The translations under genes were made by a program, and so were the position numbers. Source: Macrostomum hystrix (taxonomy: Eukaryota; Animalia; Platyhelminthes). From it: DNA of 64,000 bases. Positions within the stretch are counted from its first letter, which is position 1; each line of letters starts with the position of its first letter. Location: the NCBI GenBank assembly GCA_950097015.1, contig CATNEN010000005.1:496001-560000 (forward strand), given 5' to 3'. The notes beneath the pieces were generated by a model. The model ran no database searches. It saw nothing but the letters and a program-made list of their open reading frames with translations, and was not told the origin of the DNA. Positions 1 through 22,250 of the stretch are shown in pieces.

Positions 1-36
1 GACTCGTCTAGCCTGCAAACTGAAGAACTGTACGGG
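1..36 (+). CDS. Possible end of an upstream coding exon of the dispanin-like gene (DSSSLQTEELYG)
   Basis: Open frame from position 1 ends at GGG|gtgaga (donor at 37). Its phase 0 is compatible with the phase-0 acceptors at 911/914. Inferred only; no homology support. Confidence 0.3.
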
Positions 37-140
37 GTGAGACTGCAGTCACAAAAACTCTTGTTGAACATTGTACACTGTGATTAATCAATCCAGTAGA
101 TCCGCTTTCGCATTCGCTAATATAACTCGAGCAACAAGAC

Positions 141-760
141 ACAGGATTAAGTAGAACAACCTGTTAGGCACAGGAATGAGTTGAACAACCTGTTAGACAC
201 GGGATTGAGAACAACCTGTTAGACACGGGATTGAGTTGAACAACCTGTTAGACACGAGATTGAGAAGAACAACCTGTTAGACACAGGATTGAGTGTAACA
301 ACCTGTTAGACGGTAGATGGAGTGGAACAACTTGTTAGGCACAGGATTGAGTAGAACAACCTGTTAGGACTGGTTAGACACAGGAGGATGAGGTAGACCC
401 AGGAGGATTGGGTAGACACGGGAGGATTGGGTAGATACAGGATGATTGGGTAGAACACAGGAGGATTGGGTAGACACAGGATGATTGGGTAGACACAGGA
501 GGATTGGGTAGACACAGGAGGATTGGGTAGACACAGGAGGATTGGGTAGACACAGGAGGATGGGGTAGACACAGAAGGATTGGGTAGACAGAAGGATTGG
601 GTAGACACAGGAGGATGGGGTAGACACAGGATGATTGGGTAGACACGGGAGGATTGGGTAGACACAGGATGATTGGGTAGACACAGGAGGATTGGGTAGA
701 CACAGGAGGATTGGGTAGACACAGGAGGATTGGGTAGACACAGGAGGATTGGGTAGACAC
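141..760. repeat. 19-bp minisatellite (GACACAGGAGGATTGGGTA), degenerate at the 5' end
   Basis: Direct tandem repetition; the 19-aa period of the overlapping ORFs equals 3 x 19 bp. Confidence 0.9.
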
Positions 761-911
761 AGATTGAGTTGTATATAACTTTTTATATAGAATTGCGTTA
801 AACAACTGTTTAAACACAGGATTGAGTTATCTGTTGGATTATCTGATAGACAAAATATGATCGTAGAACAACTTGCTAAACATAGAAACATCTGTCTGAA
901 CAATTATCAAG

Positions 912-1349
912 CAGGCCCAGCAGCAGCAGCAGCAGCAGCTAGTTCTAGCTTGTCTCAGAGCAAGAGCTAAAGGACTCAGACAGCTCCAATCACGACGCTT
1001 GACGTCAACAACATTCGAGTCGATTCCTGACGACCAATACGTCGGCAATCCGCAAGCAATTACATTCCTCGGTGTTTCATTGGTCACCGCTGTCTTCTTC
1101 AACTGCCTGCTGGGCGGCGTTGCAGTCTGCCTATCGTTGAGATCGCACACCTGGTACAGACGATCCGGCGCTGACGGACTCAAACCGATCGATAAATTAG
1201 CTCTGGACAGGGCTAAGACGCTTGGCTACGCCGCCTGTGGTGTCAGCTTGGTTTCCATCGCCGTGACGATGCTGTTTGTTGGGGCTCTGCTGACTTCTAT
1301 CGCTGCGGGCAGCGCTGATCGCTTCTTCGGTGGTGGACAAGTCGATTGA
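912..1349 (+). CDS. Terminal exon of a CD225/dispanin (IFITM/PRRT/TMEM233-like) two-hydrophobic-segment membrane protein
   Basis: Frame is open from 900 to the stop at 1349, with AG acceptors at 911, 914 and 920. Translation has two hydrophobic blocks (ITFLGVSLVTAVFFNCLLGGVAVCLS; TLGYAACGVSLVSIAVTMLFVGALL) separated by a basic loop ending in ...DRAK, matching the CD225 pattern (F-C-x-x-G-x-x-A-x-x-x-S...A-K/R). Confidence 0.6.
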   Translation, partial: QAQQQQQQQLVLACLRARAKGLRQLQSRRLTSTTFESIPDDQYVGNPQAITFLGVSLVTAVFFNCLLGGVAVCLSLRSHTWYRRSGADGLKPIDKLALDRAKTLGYAACGVSLVSIAVTMLFVGALLTSIAAGSADRFFGGGQVD

Positions 1350-1413
1350 GATGGTAGCTCGAACTAGGCGGCTGTTGACTTGTGGTTAGATCGTCGGACT
1401 TACGGCTTGAACC

Positions 1414-1599
1414 CAGTGGCGTTGCCAGGATTTTTTTTCTAGGGGGGGGGCGTCTCTTGGGGCGCCTCAACAAGGCGGGGTGCCATTATTCTACGAGAGC
1501 GCCATTATTCCACGGGGTGCCACTACATGCATCTACATCAGCCGACAGGGGGGAGGGGCACGGCCCCCTTAATTGCCCCCCTGCATGGATAAGCCCCTG
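1414..1599. mobile_element. GC-rich MITE-like non-autonomous DNA element
   Basis: Imperfect terminal inverted repeats CAGTGGCGTTGCCAGG / CATGGATAAGCCCCTG, internal G and C runs; no clear TSD. Confidence 0.5.
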
Positions 1600-3954
1600 C
1601 TTAGGCTTCTCTCCCCAGTCCATGGACTGAACTGCTGTACGCAGCCTTCACATGCGTGCGCAAGGATTTAGTGATCCGCGGCTGACCTAATTGAGACAGG
1701 TGTAATAATTTTTGTAATTTTACGATAATGGATATTTAGTAAAAATGTAGTATTGGAAAAATGCATCGTATGCGTTAACGTGAAATCTTCGAATTTGTTC
1801 TATCGATTAATAATTGATAAAGATTAGTAGATAAAACCATATTGTTAATTGGTTTTTTATCACTTAATTACTAGACCAAGTAAGTTTTACGATTGCTTAA
1901 AATCGTTAAAATTGTTTCCAAGAATGAAAACATTTTTGGATCAGTACGGCATCCAAACTCGATATTCTGTCAAATAAAATTATTAATAGCCTAGTAGGGC
2001 TCTAACTAATGTACTATATGAGTCCAACTTTTAGCTATTAAGGCTGTAAGAATGCATTCAGACTCACACTTTTCTAATAGTACAAGCTTGCGATATCGAT
2101 AAAGTTTTTGATCCGGACATTGGAAATCACCCAGTCCTACACCACACTATGTATAATCAGCTCGAAAGTAATGATTTAAAACGTTTTCAAACTATATATG
2201 GACCCAGAAACTAGAATACTGTACAGTTAATGACAAATGATCAGCGGTCATTTATTGGTCCCACAGATCGTGAGGTCCAAACCAAAGAAATTGTGTCTCA
2301 ACGAACATTATATTTCATAAAATGACGCCATCGATCAAATTATGATTGGCTCGAAAGTTTTGAAAAAGTGCCGCGATTTTTTAACTTGCAGGCCGCTCAG
2401 AACAACAAAAACACATCAACATATCAGTCTTCAATTCTTAGCCAAAATTGTACTAAGCAAATGAATATTGCATGCATAGCAACAGCATAAAAAATTGCAT
2501 TAAAAAGCGGCGATTACAGACAATTTATATATTTAAATTACAAAAAGAAGCATATATAAGTCCATCTTTGTGGTAGATATAGTATTCATGTCCGATTGTG
2601 CATAATAATTTACAGTATCAGCTGAACCCAAATTGTTATAAAGACTTTTAGATGTGATCAGGCTCCATGAAGATCAAGAAATTGGTCCGCACGGTGAAAG
2701 TGTTTTATAGAAATGTAACACTTGGCTACTTAGAAAGTATTATTTTTACTTAGTACAGAAAATAGGGCATTCGCTTATATTATGGAACACACATTTACAC
2801 AATGCACTAAATGAAAGTACGTGCATTGAAGTTGAAATCATGCAGTTGAAAAAGTAAATTAACAAATAATCGCAAATAATTGTTGTCAGCATTGAAGCAA
2901 AATTTGCGGATCTAAAAGCAAACCAAAATATCACAATCAACGGTTTACTTAGAACAACGCTTTAAAGAAAAAGTTTAATTACTAGTGTGACCTTGTGATT
3001 GAAATTGTGAAATGGTGGCCTGATCTATATCAAAATAAAAAGATTAACATATAAGCAAAAATCCGCATTGAAAAGCAACTTGTATATTTAAACAAACATC
3101 TTCCCATTATCTCAAAAAAGTTAATGAAAAATGTAAGACAGCATAGCATGCATGAAAAAAACAAGTAAAAACTGGACTGAAAACACATATTGTTTCTGTA
3201 GTAAAAACAATGAAACATTCGTTTTTAAGCAACCAAATTTATGCAATAAAGCATCAAAGAACTATAAGTTTCACCACAAATTGATTATAGATACATCTAC
3301 TTGTAGCAATAAGGCTGAAAAAAATAATTAGCACTGTATTCAAACAAAAAAGCGAAGAAATAATTAAACTGTAATCTTCTATATGGAGTAAAACATTTTA
3401 TGCTTGCTTGCTTGTAGGTTAATATATCTGCAGCCACCTTCATATTGTAACACTGCAATGCAACTGCATTTTGTAACAAGTTTTTTAAGAAAATTCTCAT
3501 TAATCATTGCGTTAATTTCATTATAAAATTGAAAAAAAAATTGAAGCACAATTAGCAAAAAAGAATCTGATTCAAAACAAACGGTGTAGTATTTACAAGC
3601 AAAGAAATTTAAACAAAGCAATTCTCAGAGCAAACTGCTGTGAGCTGCAAGCAAAGTATGAGATGCAGAAATGAGTTTCTTCTATTTTTATCATAAATTT
3701 ACGACAAAAAAATCCGTAAAAAACACCTTTGTATTTAACAGAAGTGTGCACAATTATTAATATAATATCATGCCATCAGGAATAGCATAGCAAAACTTGG
3801 ATAGGGATTGACTGATATGTAAAAAATCAAACAAGCACGGTGTGTGCCTATGAGTTGGGAACGATGAGTTGGGAACAACAGGCAAATTTGAGTACAAAAC
3901 AGCCTCAACCAACCAGAACACTCGCCCACTAGCCGTACTGCAAGCTACATTCAA

Positions 3955-4135
3955 CTAGTTAGAGATTAGGACTTGTGACTGAGTGGTCGGAGGTTCGATT
4001 CTCATCTTAAGGGAAGCAGCCAGTGTCCTAGACCTAGAGCTAGACTACTCATACAGCTTCATTCAACTGAGCTGTAAAATAGGCCAGCCAGCAGCGACTT
4101 CACAGTCTGTGGACTGAATAGTGTAGCTGTAACAT
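3955..4135 (+). mobile_element. tRNA-derived, CORE-like SINE remnant, antisense just downstream of the PCBP stop
   Basis: B-box-like GGTTCGATTCTC near 3992 preceded by a tRNA-like TAGTTAGAG..GGACTTGTGA. The downstream GTGTCC...CAGCTTCATTCAACTGAGCTGTAAAATAGG resembles the CORE/MIR domain. Confidence 0.5.
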
Positions 4136-4148
4136 GGACAAGCGACAC

Positions 4149-13809
<9,661 letters not shown>

Positions 13810-14208
13810 TGTTTGCAGAAATTTCTTCCGTTGCAGGCGAGTGCGAGTCAACCACGCAGAAGTTTTTGGTAGCCAGAGGACTTGGCGAAAATGTTGGAGT
13901 CTGGAATTGAGCAGTTTTTAGATTCCTATTGTTTTGAGATAATTTATGCATACTCTGTCTGTCCCCTTCTGTAATCCGAATCAAAGCTGCTTTCTATTAA
14001 ATTTTCTCGCTTTCTCGTTTTCCGTGTCACGCTAGACGAGTGAGACGATAGAAACGGTCGTGATAAATTCCTACTAAACAAATGTTTACGCTTTTTAACT
14101 ACGCCAATAAACGGAGGGAAATGCCATGTTTTTAGTGAGGGATGGGTCCAAAAGAATCTGACCTTACTAAAATCTTCATTATGTCAAGAAAATCGATTCT
14201 GTGGCGAA

Positions 14209-14435
14209 GCCTGTCGTGCAATTTACCCCCTTTGAGGGCCAACCTCCAAGTCACAGTGACAGTGCACACTGCCCGACGATGAGAAAGTCAGGGCAGATGT
14301 ACACAGCTGTGTGAGGATATGCCTGAGTACAGTTTCTGTGCGCGGGTGCCTTGTCTAGTGTCCTTTAAGTCTAGTGTCAGCAAATGATGTTCCATTGCCC
14401 GCAGCCCTCCAGCAATTATTGTTCTTATCATTATC
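14209..14435 (+). mobile_element. 5'-truncated copy of the tRNA-derived SINE at 4738-5102
   Basis: Shared blocks GTCGTGCAATTT..GGGCCAAC..CACTGCCCGACGATGAGAAAGTCAGGGCAGATGTACA..GTCTAGTGTCA..GCCCGCAGCCCTCC.GCAATTATT. Confidence 0.8.
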
Positions 14436-15208
14436 ATGTCAGAATATGTATATTTCAATAGCTCGTATAAACAAATTTGTTTACTGAATCAGATTAAAAA
14501 TCGGCTTTCCAAGAAATCAAGATTTAGTGAAATCGGGATTCTTAAAAATCAAGATCCTAAGAAATAGAAATTTAAAACAAATCTGGATTTCAAAACTATT
14601 TATTCCAGGATTTTTTCAATAGAAATCAAGATTCTGGAAAAAGTCAAAAGAAAAAATACATTCTTAGGACAATTAAAGAAAAAATCGAACCTCTAGAAAG
14701 GGTAGGTGGGGGGAAAGGTAGTACTTTTGTAACAATTTTTGCAAGCTGACCTTCTAAACGACATAGGCAGGAATTTGCACGTAAAACTGAGGTTAAAGCT
14801 TAGATATAGATAAGCAAATTGGGTAAAAAAGAGAAAACCGTGTGCTATTGTTTGGTTGATTTACAATTGCCCTTATAAACAAATTATTATTTGTTCACGT
14901 TTAGTAAATTATTGCTACTTCTTGCCTTCTGCTAAATTTGATTCTTTTTGTTTAGAAATTTGACAGTCTTACTAAAAGTAGTGCAAAAAACAAAGCAAGA
15001 CATGAAGCATATTAGCAAAATAATGTGCGTTCAATCATATCGTGTTTGTTCCTCTCTCTACTCTCTCCTCTCTCTCCTCTCTCTCCTCTCTCTCTCCCCT
15101 CTCTCTCCCCCCTCTCTCCTCTCTCCCTTCTCTCCCCCCTCTCTCTCTCTCTCCCCTCCCCCCTCTCTTCCCTCCTCCCCATCTCTCCCTCCCTTTCTCC
15201 CTCTCTAT

Positions 15209-15455
15209 CAGGCCAGCACCGGCGTCTCATACGACCGAGTCAGTGCCACGGAGTTGAGTGAGTATGGATTGAGTTGCGGGGCGCTGCCGAATCGATTACG
15301 ATATGTTGAGATTGAAAGCTGGACTCTACTGATAAGCTCCAATAAGAGCGAAACGCGTCTGGAGTTGCCTTGGTTCGAATCCTGATTTCAATTTTTTCGA
15401 TACATATCGGAATCGATTCAAACATTAGATTTTTGAAATTCAATGGGCAGTGTCC
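15209..15455 (+). mobile_element. Hammerhead-containing SINE/retrozyme-like element, degenerate copy
   Basis: Near-identical to 47309-47600 but lacks the 45-bp A-box segment and has core CTGATAA (15329-15335). Flanked on both sides by CT-rich simple repeats (15050-15208, 15456-15790). Confidence 0.85.
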
Positions 15456-16259
15456 TCTCTCCTCTCTCCTGCTCTCTCTCTCCCTCTCCCCCTCTCTCCT
15501 CTCTCCCCCTCTCTCCCCTCTCTCCCTCTCTCTCCTCTCTCCCCCTCTCTCCTCTCTCCCCTCTCTCCCCCTCTCTTCTCTCTCTCCCCTGCCACCCGTC
15601 TCTGCCGCTCCGACTCTCTCCCTCCCTATGCCACTCTCTCCCTTTCCTCTTTTCTACCTCTCTTGCTTGTTATATCTTTATCTTTTGACCCTATTTCTTC
15701 TCTAGACCCACTCGCTTCACAAATCCTATTTTTTCTCTCCCTGACTCCCGTTCATCCAACCTTACCTCAGTTGTTCCTCCCTTAGACTAGTGAGCTACTT
15801 ATCCCTAAGGGAAGCCTAAAAACTTTGTCAAGTCATTTGTTAACATGTTATAAAATATCAGCCGAAGATTTTTTGTTAGTTTATTAGAAGACGGACAGAG
15901 ACAGGCACTGTACCTGGGACAACCTAGGATTGATGGAATCCAGTTAGAGAGACAGCAACAGAAACACTGACAACTTCGACCTCCCACCAATTCAAGTTCA
16001 ACGTTCAAGTATAGATGAACTTGGGCCATTGTGTGCAACAAGGGGCATTGCTACTGACAGTCGATCTCTGTAGAAGAAAGCAACAGCGTTTTGAGGAATA
16101 AATGCAACCCTGACGAATATTCGTGGGAATTTTTCCTTTAGCCGTCTTTCTTCCTATAGGTTGCTGCTTGCGTCACAAGGCTCAGGCTAGCAGCTTCGCA
16201 AATAGCCACCCAAATGGGAAGCGTTTCATGAAGAACAAAGATGAAATTAATTGAGAGAG

Positions 16260-17115
16260 TAGGAGAAGAGTAGAAAAGCAGAGGAAAGAGAGAGGAAAAA
16301 AGGGAGAGGAAGAAAAAGGAAAAGAGGAACAAAGGGGAGAGGAAGAAAGGGAGAGAGGAAGAAAGTGGAGAGGAAGAAAAAAGGGAAAGAGGAACAAAGG
16401 GGAGAGGAAGAAAGGGGGAGAGGAAGAAAGTGGAGAGGAAGAAAAAAGGGAAAGAGGAAGAAAGGGGGAGAGGAAGAAAGTGGAGAGGAAGAAAAGGGGA
16501 GAGGAAGAAAGGGGGAAAGAGGAACATAGGTTTGAGGAACAAAGGGTAGAGGAACAAAGGGAGAGGAAGAAAGGGGAAGAGGAAGAAAAGGGAAGAGGAA
16601 GAAAAGGGGAGAGGAAGAAAGGGGGAGAGGAAGAAAGGGGGAGAGGAAGAAAGGGGGAGAGGAAGAAAAGGGGAGAGGAACAAAGGGTAGAGGAACAAAG
16701 GGAGAGGAAGAAAGGGGGAAAGAGAAACAAAGGGAGAGAGGAAGAAAGGGGAGAGGAACAAAGGGTAGACGAAGAAAGGGGAGAGGAACAAAGGGTAGAC
16801 GAAGAAAGGGGGAGAGGAAGAAAGGGGGAGAGGAAGAAAGGGGGAGAGGAAGAAAGTGGGAGAGGAAGAAGGTGGGAAAGGAAGAAAGTGGGAGAGGAAG
16901 AAAGGGGGAGAGGAAGAAAGGGGGAGAGTAAGAAAGGGGGAGAGGAAGAAAGCGGGAGAGGAAGAAAGGGGAGAGGAAGAAAGTGGGAGAGGAAGAAAGT
17001 GGGAGAGGAAGAAAGCGGGAGAGGAAGAAAGGGGAGAGGAAGAAAGGGGGAGAGGAAGAAAGGGGGAGAGGAAGAAAGCGGGAGAGGAAGAAAGTGGGAG
17101 AGGAAGAAAGGGATA
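16260..17115. repeat. GA-rich ~16-bp satellite (GAGGAAGAAAGGGGGA)
   Basis: Direct repetition; purine-only strand. Confidence 0.9.
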
Positions 17116-17622
17116 GAGGGATGGATGGCGATAGGAAGAGAGAGGTGAGCACTGAAGCGTTGAAGAAGAAGCGCAGGGGTTAAGAAAAAAATTGCCAATA
17201 TTTTGATTTTTTTAAATATTCTTTGTCAGGGCAGAACGCCAGGCAGAACAGTAGGGAGAGGGGAGAGAGGTGGAGAGAGAAATAGCTGGATTAAGAAGGC
17301 GGAGAAGAAGAAAGAGGACGCAGAAGAGGAAGATTTAGCAACGAGTCCCGCGATAGAAGATTGTAGAACTAAAACAAAACGGAAATAATTTTGCGCTAAA
17401 AATTTGGAGGATAAAAAGGGAGTATAAAAGGGATTTGGCCTCCAGTAAAGAGGACCTGAATTCAGTTCCAAAGTTATTGCTTATAGTTTTATCAATACAA
17501 TTTGGTGATCTTTTGCTTTATTCCATTGACATTTCCCCTGGCGGCTATGGCTATGGACAATAAAACTGCACCTTTAGATTTAGTGATTGGATTTTCAAAT
17601 AGTTATGGGCTACCGGGAGACA

Positions 17623-18457
17623 GGAGGGTGAGAGGGAGGTTGGGAGACAGGAGGGTGAGAGGGAGGTTGGGAGACAGGAGGGTGAGAGGGAGGTTTGGAG
17701 ACAGGAGGGTGAGAGGGAGGTTGGGAGACAGGAGGGTGAGAGGGAGGTTGGGAGACAGGAGGGTGAGAGGGAGGTTGGGAGACAGGAGGGTGAGAGGGAG
17801 GCAGGTAGACAAGGGGGTGAGAGGGTGGCAGGTAGACAAGGGGGTGAGAGGGTGGCAGGTAGACAGGAGGGTGAGATGGAGGTTGGGAGACAGGAGGGTG
17901 AGATGGAGGTTGGGAGACAAGGGGTGAGAGGGTGGCAGGTAGACAAGGGGGTGAGAGGGTGGCAGGTAGACAAGGGGGTGAGAGGGTGGCAGGTAGACAA
18001 GGGAGTGAGAGGGTGGCAGGTAGACAAGGGGGTGAGAGGGTGGCAGGTAGACAAGGGGGTGAGAGGGAGGCAGGTAGACAAGGGGGTGAGAGGGTGGCAG
18101 GTAGACAAGGGAGTGAGAGGGTGGCAGGTAGACAAGGGAGTGAGAGGGTGGCAGGTAGACAAGGGGGTGAGAGGGAGGCAGGTAGACAAGGGGGTGAGAG
18201 GGAGGCAGGTAGACAAGGGGGTGAGAGGGAGGCAGGTAGACAAGGGGGTGAGAGGGAGGCAGGTAGACAAGGGAGTGAGAGGGTGGCAGGTAGACAAGGG
18301 AGTGAGAGGGTGGCAGGTAGACATGGGGGTGGGAGGGTGGCAGGTAGACAAGGGGGTGAGAGGGTGGCAGGTAGACAAGGGGGTGAGAGGGTGGCAGGTA
18401 GACAAGGGGGTGAGAGGGTGGCAGGTAGACAAGGGGGTGAGAGGGAGGCAGGTAGAT
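17623..18457. repeat. 27-bp G-rich minisatellite (CAGGTAGACAAGGGGGTGAGAGGGTGG / GGGAGACAGGAGGGTGAGAGGGAGGTT)
   Basis: Tandem units; two variant sub-arrays grade into each other. Confidence 0.9.
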
Positions 18458-18961
18458 AATGCACACAGATTAGGCCCAAAAAGAGTGAGGAAAGCTATAG
18501 TGAGAGTCAGAGAGAGCGAAAACACGGGGCACACTGGGAACCGAACTACAGCCAGATCTCTGTATATTTGATTCCTACACTGGCATGTATACACACTCAC
18601 TATACAGCCGCTATTATACTGGGGGCACATGAAAATCAGGTAAACAATTCCCTAGTCGTAGCACAGATTTTTGAAGCATGCATCACAAAACCTAGCCCAC
18701 TCATTCTACCACTCTCTCTCTCTGCAGTGTTTTGTCGTTTACTCTGATTTTTTACCGTATTCAATCAACGCGCCGCACAAACACACACACACACGGACAC
18801 ACAGAAAGATTGATGAACGAATTATATTTGGTCCTGTGGTTTTTGAATGAATTGTAAAGCTGTAGTGGTAGATTGGCACAGTTACATGTAAGATATTGTA
18901 CAGCTACATCCCAAATTATCGTTAATTTTACACTTATCTGTGTCCCCGAGTTTAAGAGAAT

Positions 18962-19582
18962 AAACAGAATAGGAGAATCAACAGAATAGGAGAATCAACA
19001 GAATAGTAGAATGAACAGAATAGGAGAATGAACAGAATAGTAGAATGAACAGAATAGGAGAATGAACAGAATAGGAGAATGAACAGAATAGGAGAATGAA
19101 CAGAATAGGAGAATCAACAGAATAGGAGAATCAACAGAATAGTAGAATGAACAGAATAGGAGAATGAACAGAATAGGAGAATGAACAGAATAGGAGAATG
19201 AACAGAATAGGAGAATCAACAGAATAGGAGAATCAACAGAATAGGAGAATGAACAGAATAGGAGAATGAACAGAATAGGAGAATGAACAGAATAGGAGAA
19301 TGAACACCATAGGAGAATGAACAGAATAGGAGAATGAACAGAATAGGAGAATGAACAGAATAGGAGAATCAACAGAATAGGAGAATCAACAGAATAGTAG
19401 AATGAACAGAATAGGAGAATGAACAGAATAGGAGAATGAACAGAATAGGAGAATGAACAGAATAGGAGAATCAACAGAATAGGAGAATCAACAGAATAGG
19501 AGAATGAACAGAATAGGAGAATGAACAGAATAGGAGAATGAACAGAATAGGAGAATGAACAGAATAGGAGAATGAACAGAAT
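18962..19582. repeat. 17-bp minisatellite (AACAGAATAGGAGAATG)
   Basis: Direct repetition. Confidence 0.9.
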
Positions 19583-20076
19583 GCTTTCATTCTTTTGAGC
19601 TATCCTTGAAGCATCAGGACTATTTCCGTAGCTCTCCTAGAAGACCAACAGTGACTCGGGGAAACCAGTACTATTACTCAAGCTTAAACAAGCAGATGTG
19701 CTGAAGGTGCTACAGAATATTGTTTTAGAGGCAATGGGCAGTGAGCCGACATGCGAAAGCTTTGACGTGTTCCTTCCTGAAGGACCGGGCTACCGACTGC
19801 AAAGGCGGGGTCAGGGAATGAGGTGTCAGTATTAATTTAGCTTCTCACTGTCTGTCTTGCCTAAATCCTTCACCCAGTCAGTGTCACAAAGGCTTGCGTT
19901 GCATGCAGTGCATAAAAAAAGAAACATAGAATTACATTTTTGTCTTCGGACACACGAATAACCAATATGCAGCCAAGTGAAAACATGTCATGTGTTGTTT
20001 TCTACCCGAAAGATAATGGGGATTATTCTGAGCATCATCTGGCTGAGTACTGAAATTTTTAAATTTCTTAGAAATG

Positions 20077-22250
20077 TTACACGGGAGAGATAATACACGC
20101 GGGAGAGATGAGACATGGGAGAGATGAGACACGGGAGAGATGAGACACGGGAGAGATGAGACACGGGAGAGATGAGACACGGGAGAGATGAGACACGGGA
20201 GAGATGAGACACGGGAGAGATGAGACACGGGAGAGATGAGACACGGGAGAGATGAGACACGGGAGAGATGAGACACGGGAGAGATGAGACACGGGAGAGA
20301 TGAGACACGGGAGAGATGAGACACGGGAGAGATGAGACACGGGAGAGATGAGACACGGGAGAGATGAGACACGGCAGAGATGAGACACGGGAGAGATGAG
20401 ACACGGGAGAGATGAGACACGGGAGAGATGAGACACGGGAGAGATGAGACACGGGAGAGACGAGACACGGGAGAGATGAGACACGGGAGAGATGAGACAC
20501 TGGAGAGATGAGACAGTGGAGAGATGAGACACGGGAGAGATGAGACACGGGAGAGATGAGACACGGGAGAGATGAGACACGGGAGAGATGAGACACGGGA
20601 GAGATGAGACACGGGAGAGATGAGACACGGGAGAGATGAGACACGGGAGAGATGAGACACGGGAGAGATGAGACACGGGAGAGATGAGACACGGGAGAGA
20701 TGAGACACGGGAGAGATGAGACACGGGAGAGATGAGACACGGGAGAGATGAGACACGGGAGAGATGAGACACGGGAGAGATGAGACACGGGAGAGATGAG
20801 ACACGGGTGAGATTAGACACGGGAGAGATGAGACACGGGAGAGATGAGACACGGGAGAGATGAGACACGGGAGAGATGAGACACGGGAGAGATGAGACAC
20901 GGGAGAGATGAGACACGGGAGAGATGAGACACGGGAGAGATGAGACACGGCAGAGATGAGACACGGGAGAGATGAGACACGGGTGAGATTAGACACGGGA
21001 GAGATGAGACACGGGAGAGATGAGACACGGGAGAGATGAGACACGGGAGAGATGAGACACGGGAGAGATGAGACACGGGAGAGATGAGACACGGGAGAGA
21101 TTAGACACGGGAGAGATGAGACACGGGAGAGATGAGACACGGGAGAGATGAGACACGGGAGAGATGAGACACGGGAGAGATGAGACACGGGAGAGATGAG
21201 ACACGGGAGAGATGAGACACGGGAGAGATGAGACACGGGAGAGATGAGACACGGGTGAGATGAGACACGGGAGAGATGAGACACGGGAGAGATGAGACAC
21301 GGGAGAGATGAGACACGGGAGAGATGAGACACGGGAGAGATGAGACACGGGAGAGATGAGACACGGGAGAGATGAGACACGGGAGAGATGAGACACGGGA
21401 GAGATGAGACACGGGAGAGATGAGACACGGGAGAGATGAGACACGGGAGAGATGAGACACGGGAGAGATGAGACACGGGAGAGATGAGACACGGGAGAGA
21501 TGAGACACGGGAGAGATGAGACACGGGAGAGATGAGACACGGGAGAGATGAGACACGGGAGAGATGAGACACGGGAGAGATGAGACACGGGTGAGATGAG
21601 ACACGGGAGAGATGAGACACGGGAGAGATGAGACACGGGTGAGATGAGACACGGGAGAGATGAGACACGGGAGAGATGAGACACGGGAGAGATGAGACAC
21701 GGGAGAGATGAGACACGGGAGAGATGAGACACGGGAGAGATGAGACACGGGAGAGATGAGACACGGGAGAGATGAGACACGGGAGAGATGAGACACGGGA
21801 GAGATGAGACACGGGAGAGATGAGACACGGGAGAGATGAGACACGGGAGAGATGAGACACGGGAGAGATGAGACACGGGAGAGATGAGACACGGGAGAGA
21901 TGAGACACGGGAGAGATGAGACACGGGAGAGATGAGACACGGGAGAGATGAGACACGGGAGAGATGAGACACGGGAGAGATGAGACACGGGAGAGATGAG
22001 ACACGGGAGAGATGAGACACGGGAGAGATGAGACACGGGAGAGATGAGACACGGGAGAGATGAGACACGGGAGAGATGAGACACGGGAGAGATGAGACAC
22101 GGGAGAGATGAGACACGGGAGAGATGAGACACGGGAGAGATGAGACACGGGAGAGATGAGACACGGGAGAGATGAGACACGGGAGAGATGAGACACGGGA
22201 GAGATGAGACACGGGAGAGATGAGACACGGGAGAGATGAGACACGGGAGA
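20077..22250. repeat. 16-bp minisatellite (ACACGGGAGAGATGAG), about 2.2 kb
   Basis: Near-perfect array; source of the SHLSRVSSLPCLISPV ORFs. Confidence 0.95.

Noticed and set aside
17129-17388. rpS6-like C-terminal peptides (ALKKKRR, KKAEKKKEDAEE)
   Set aside because: Lie next to a GA-rich satellite that naturally yields K/R/E, and are in the wrong order relative to the RLGPKR-like stretch.
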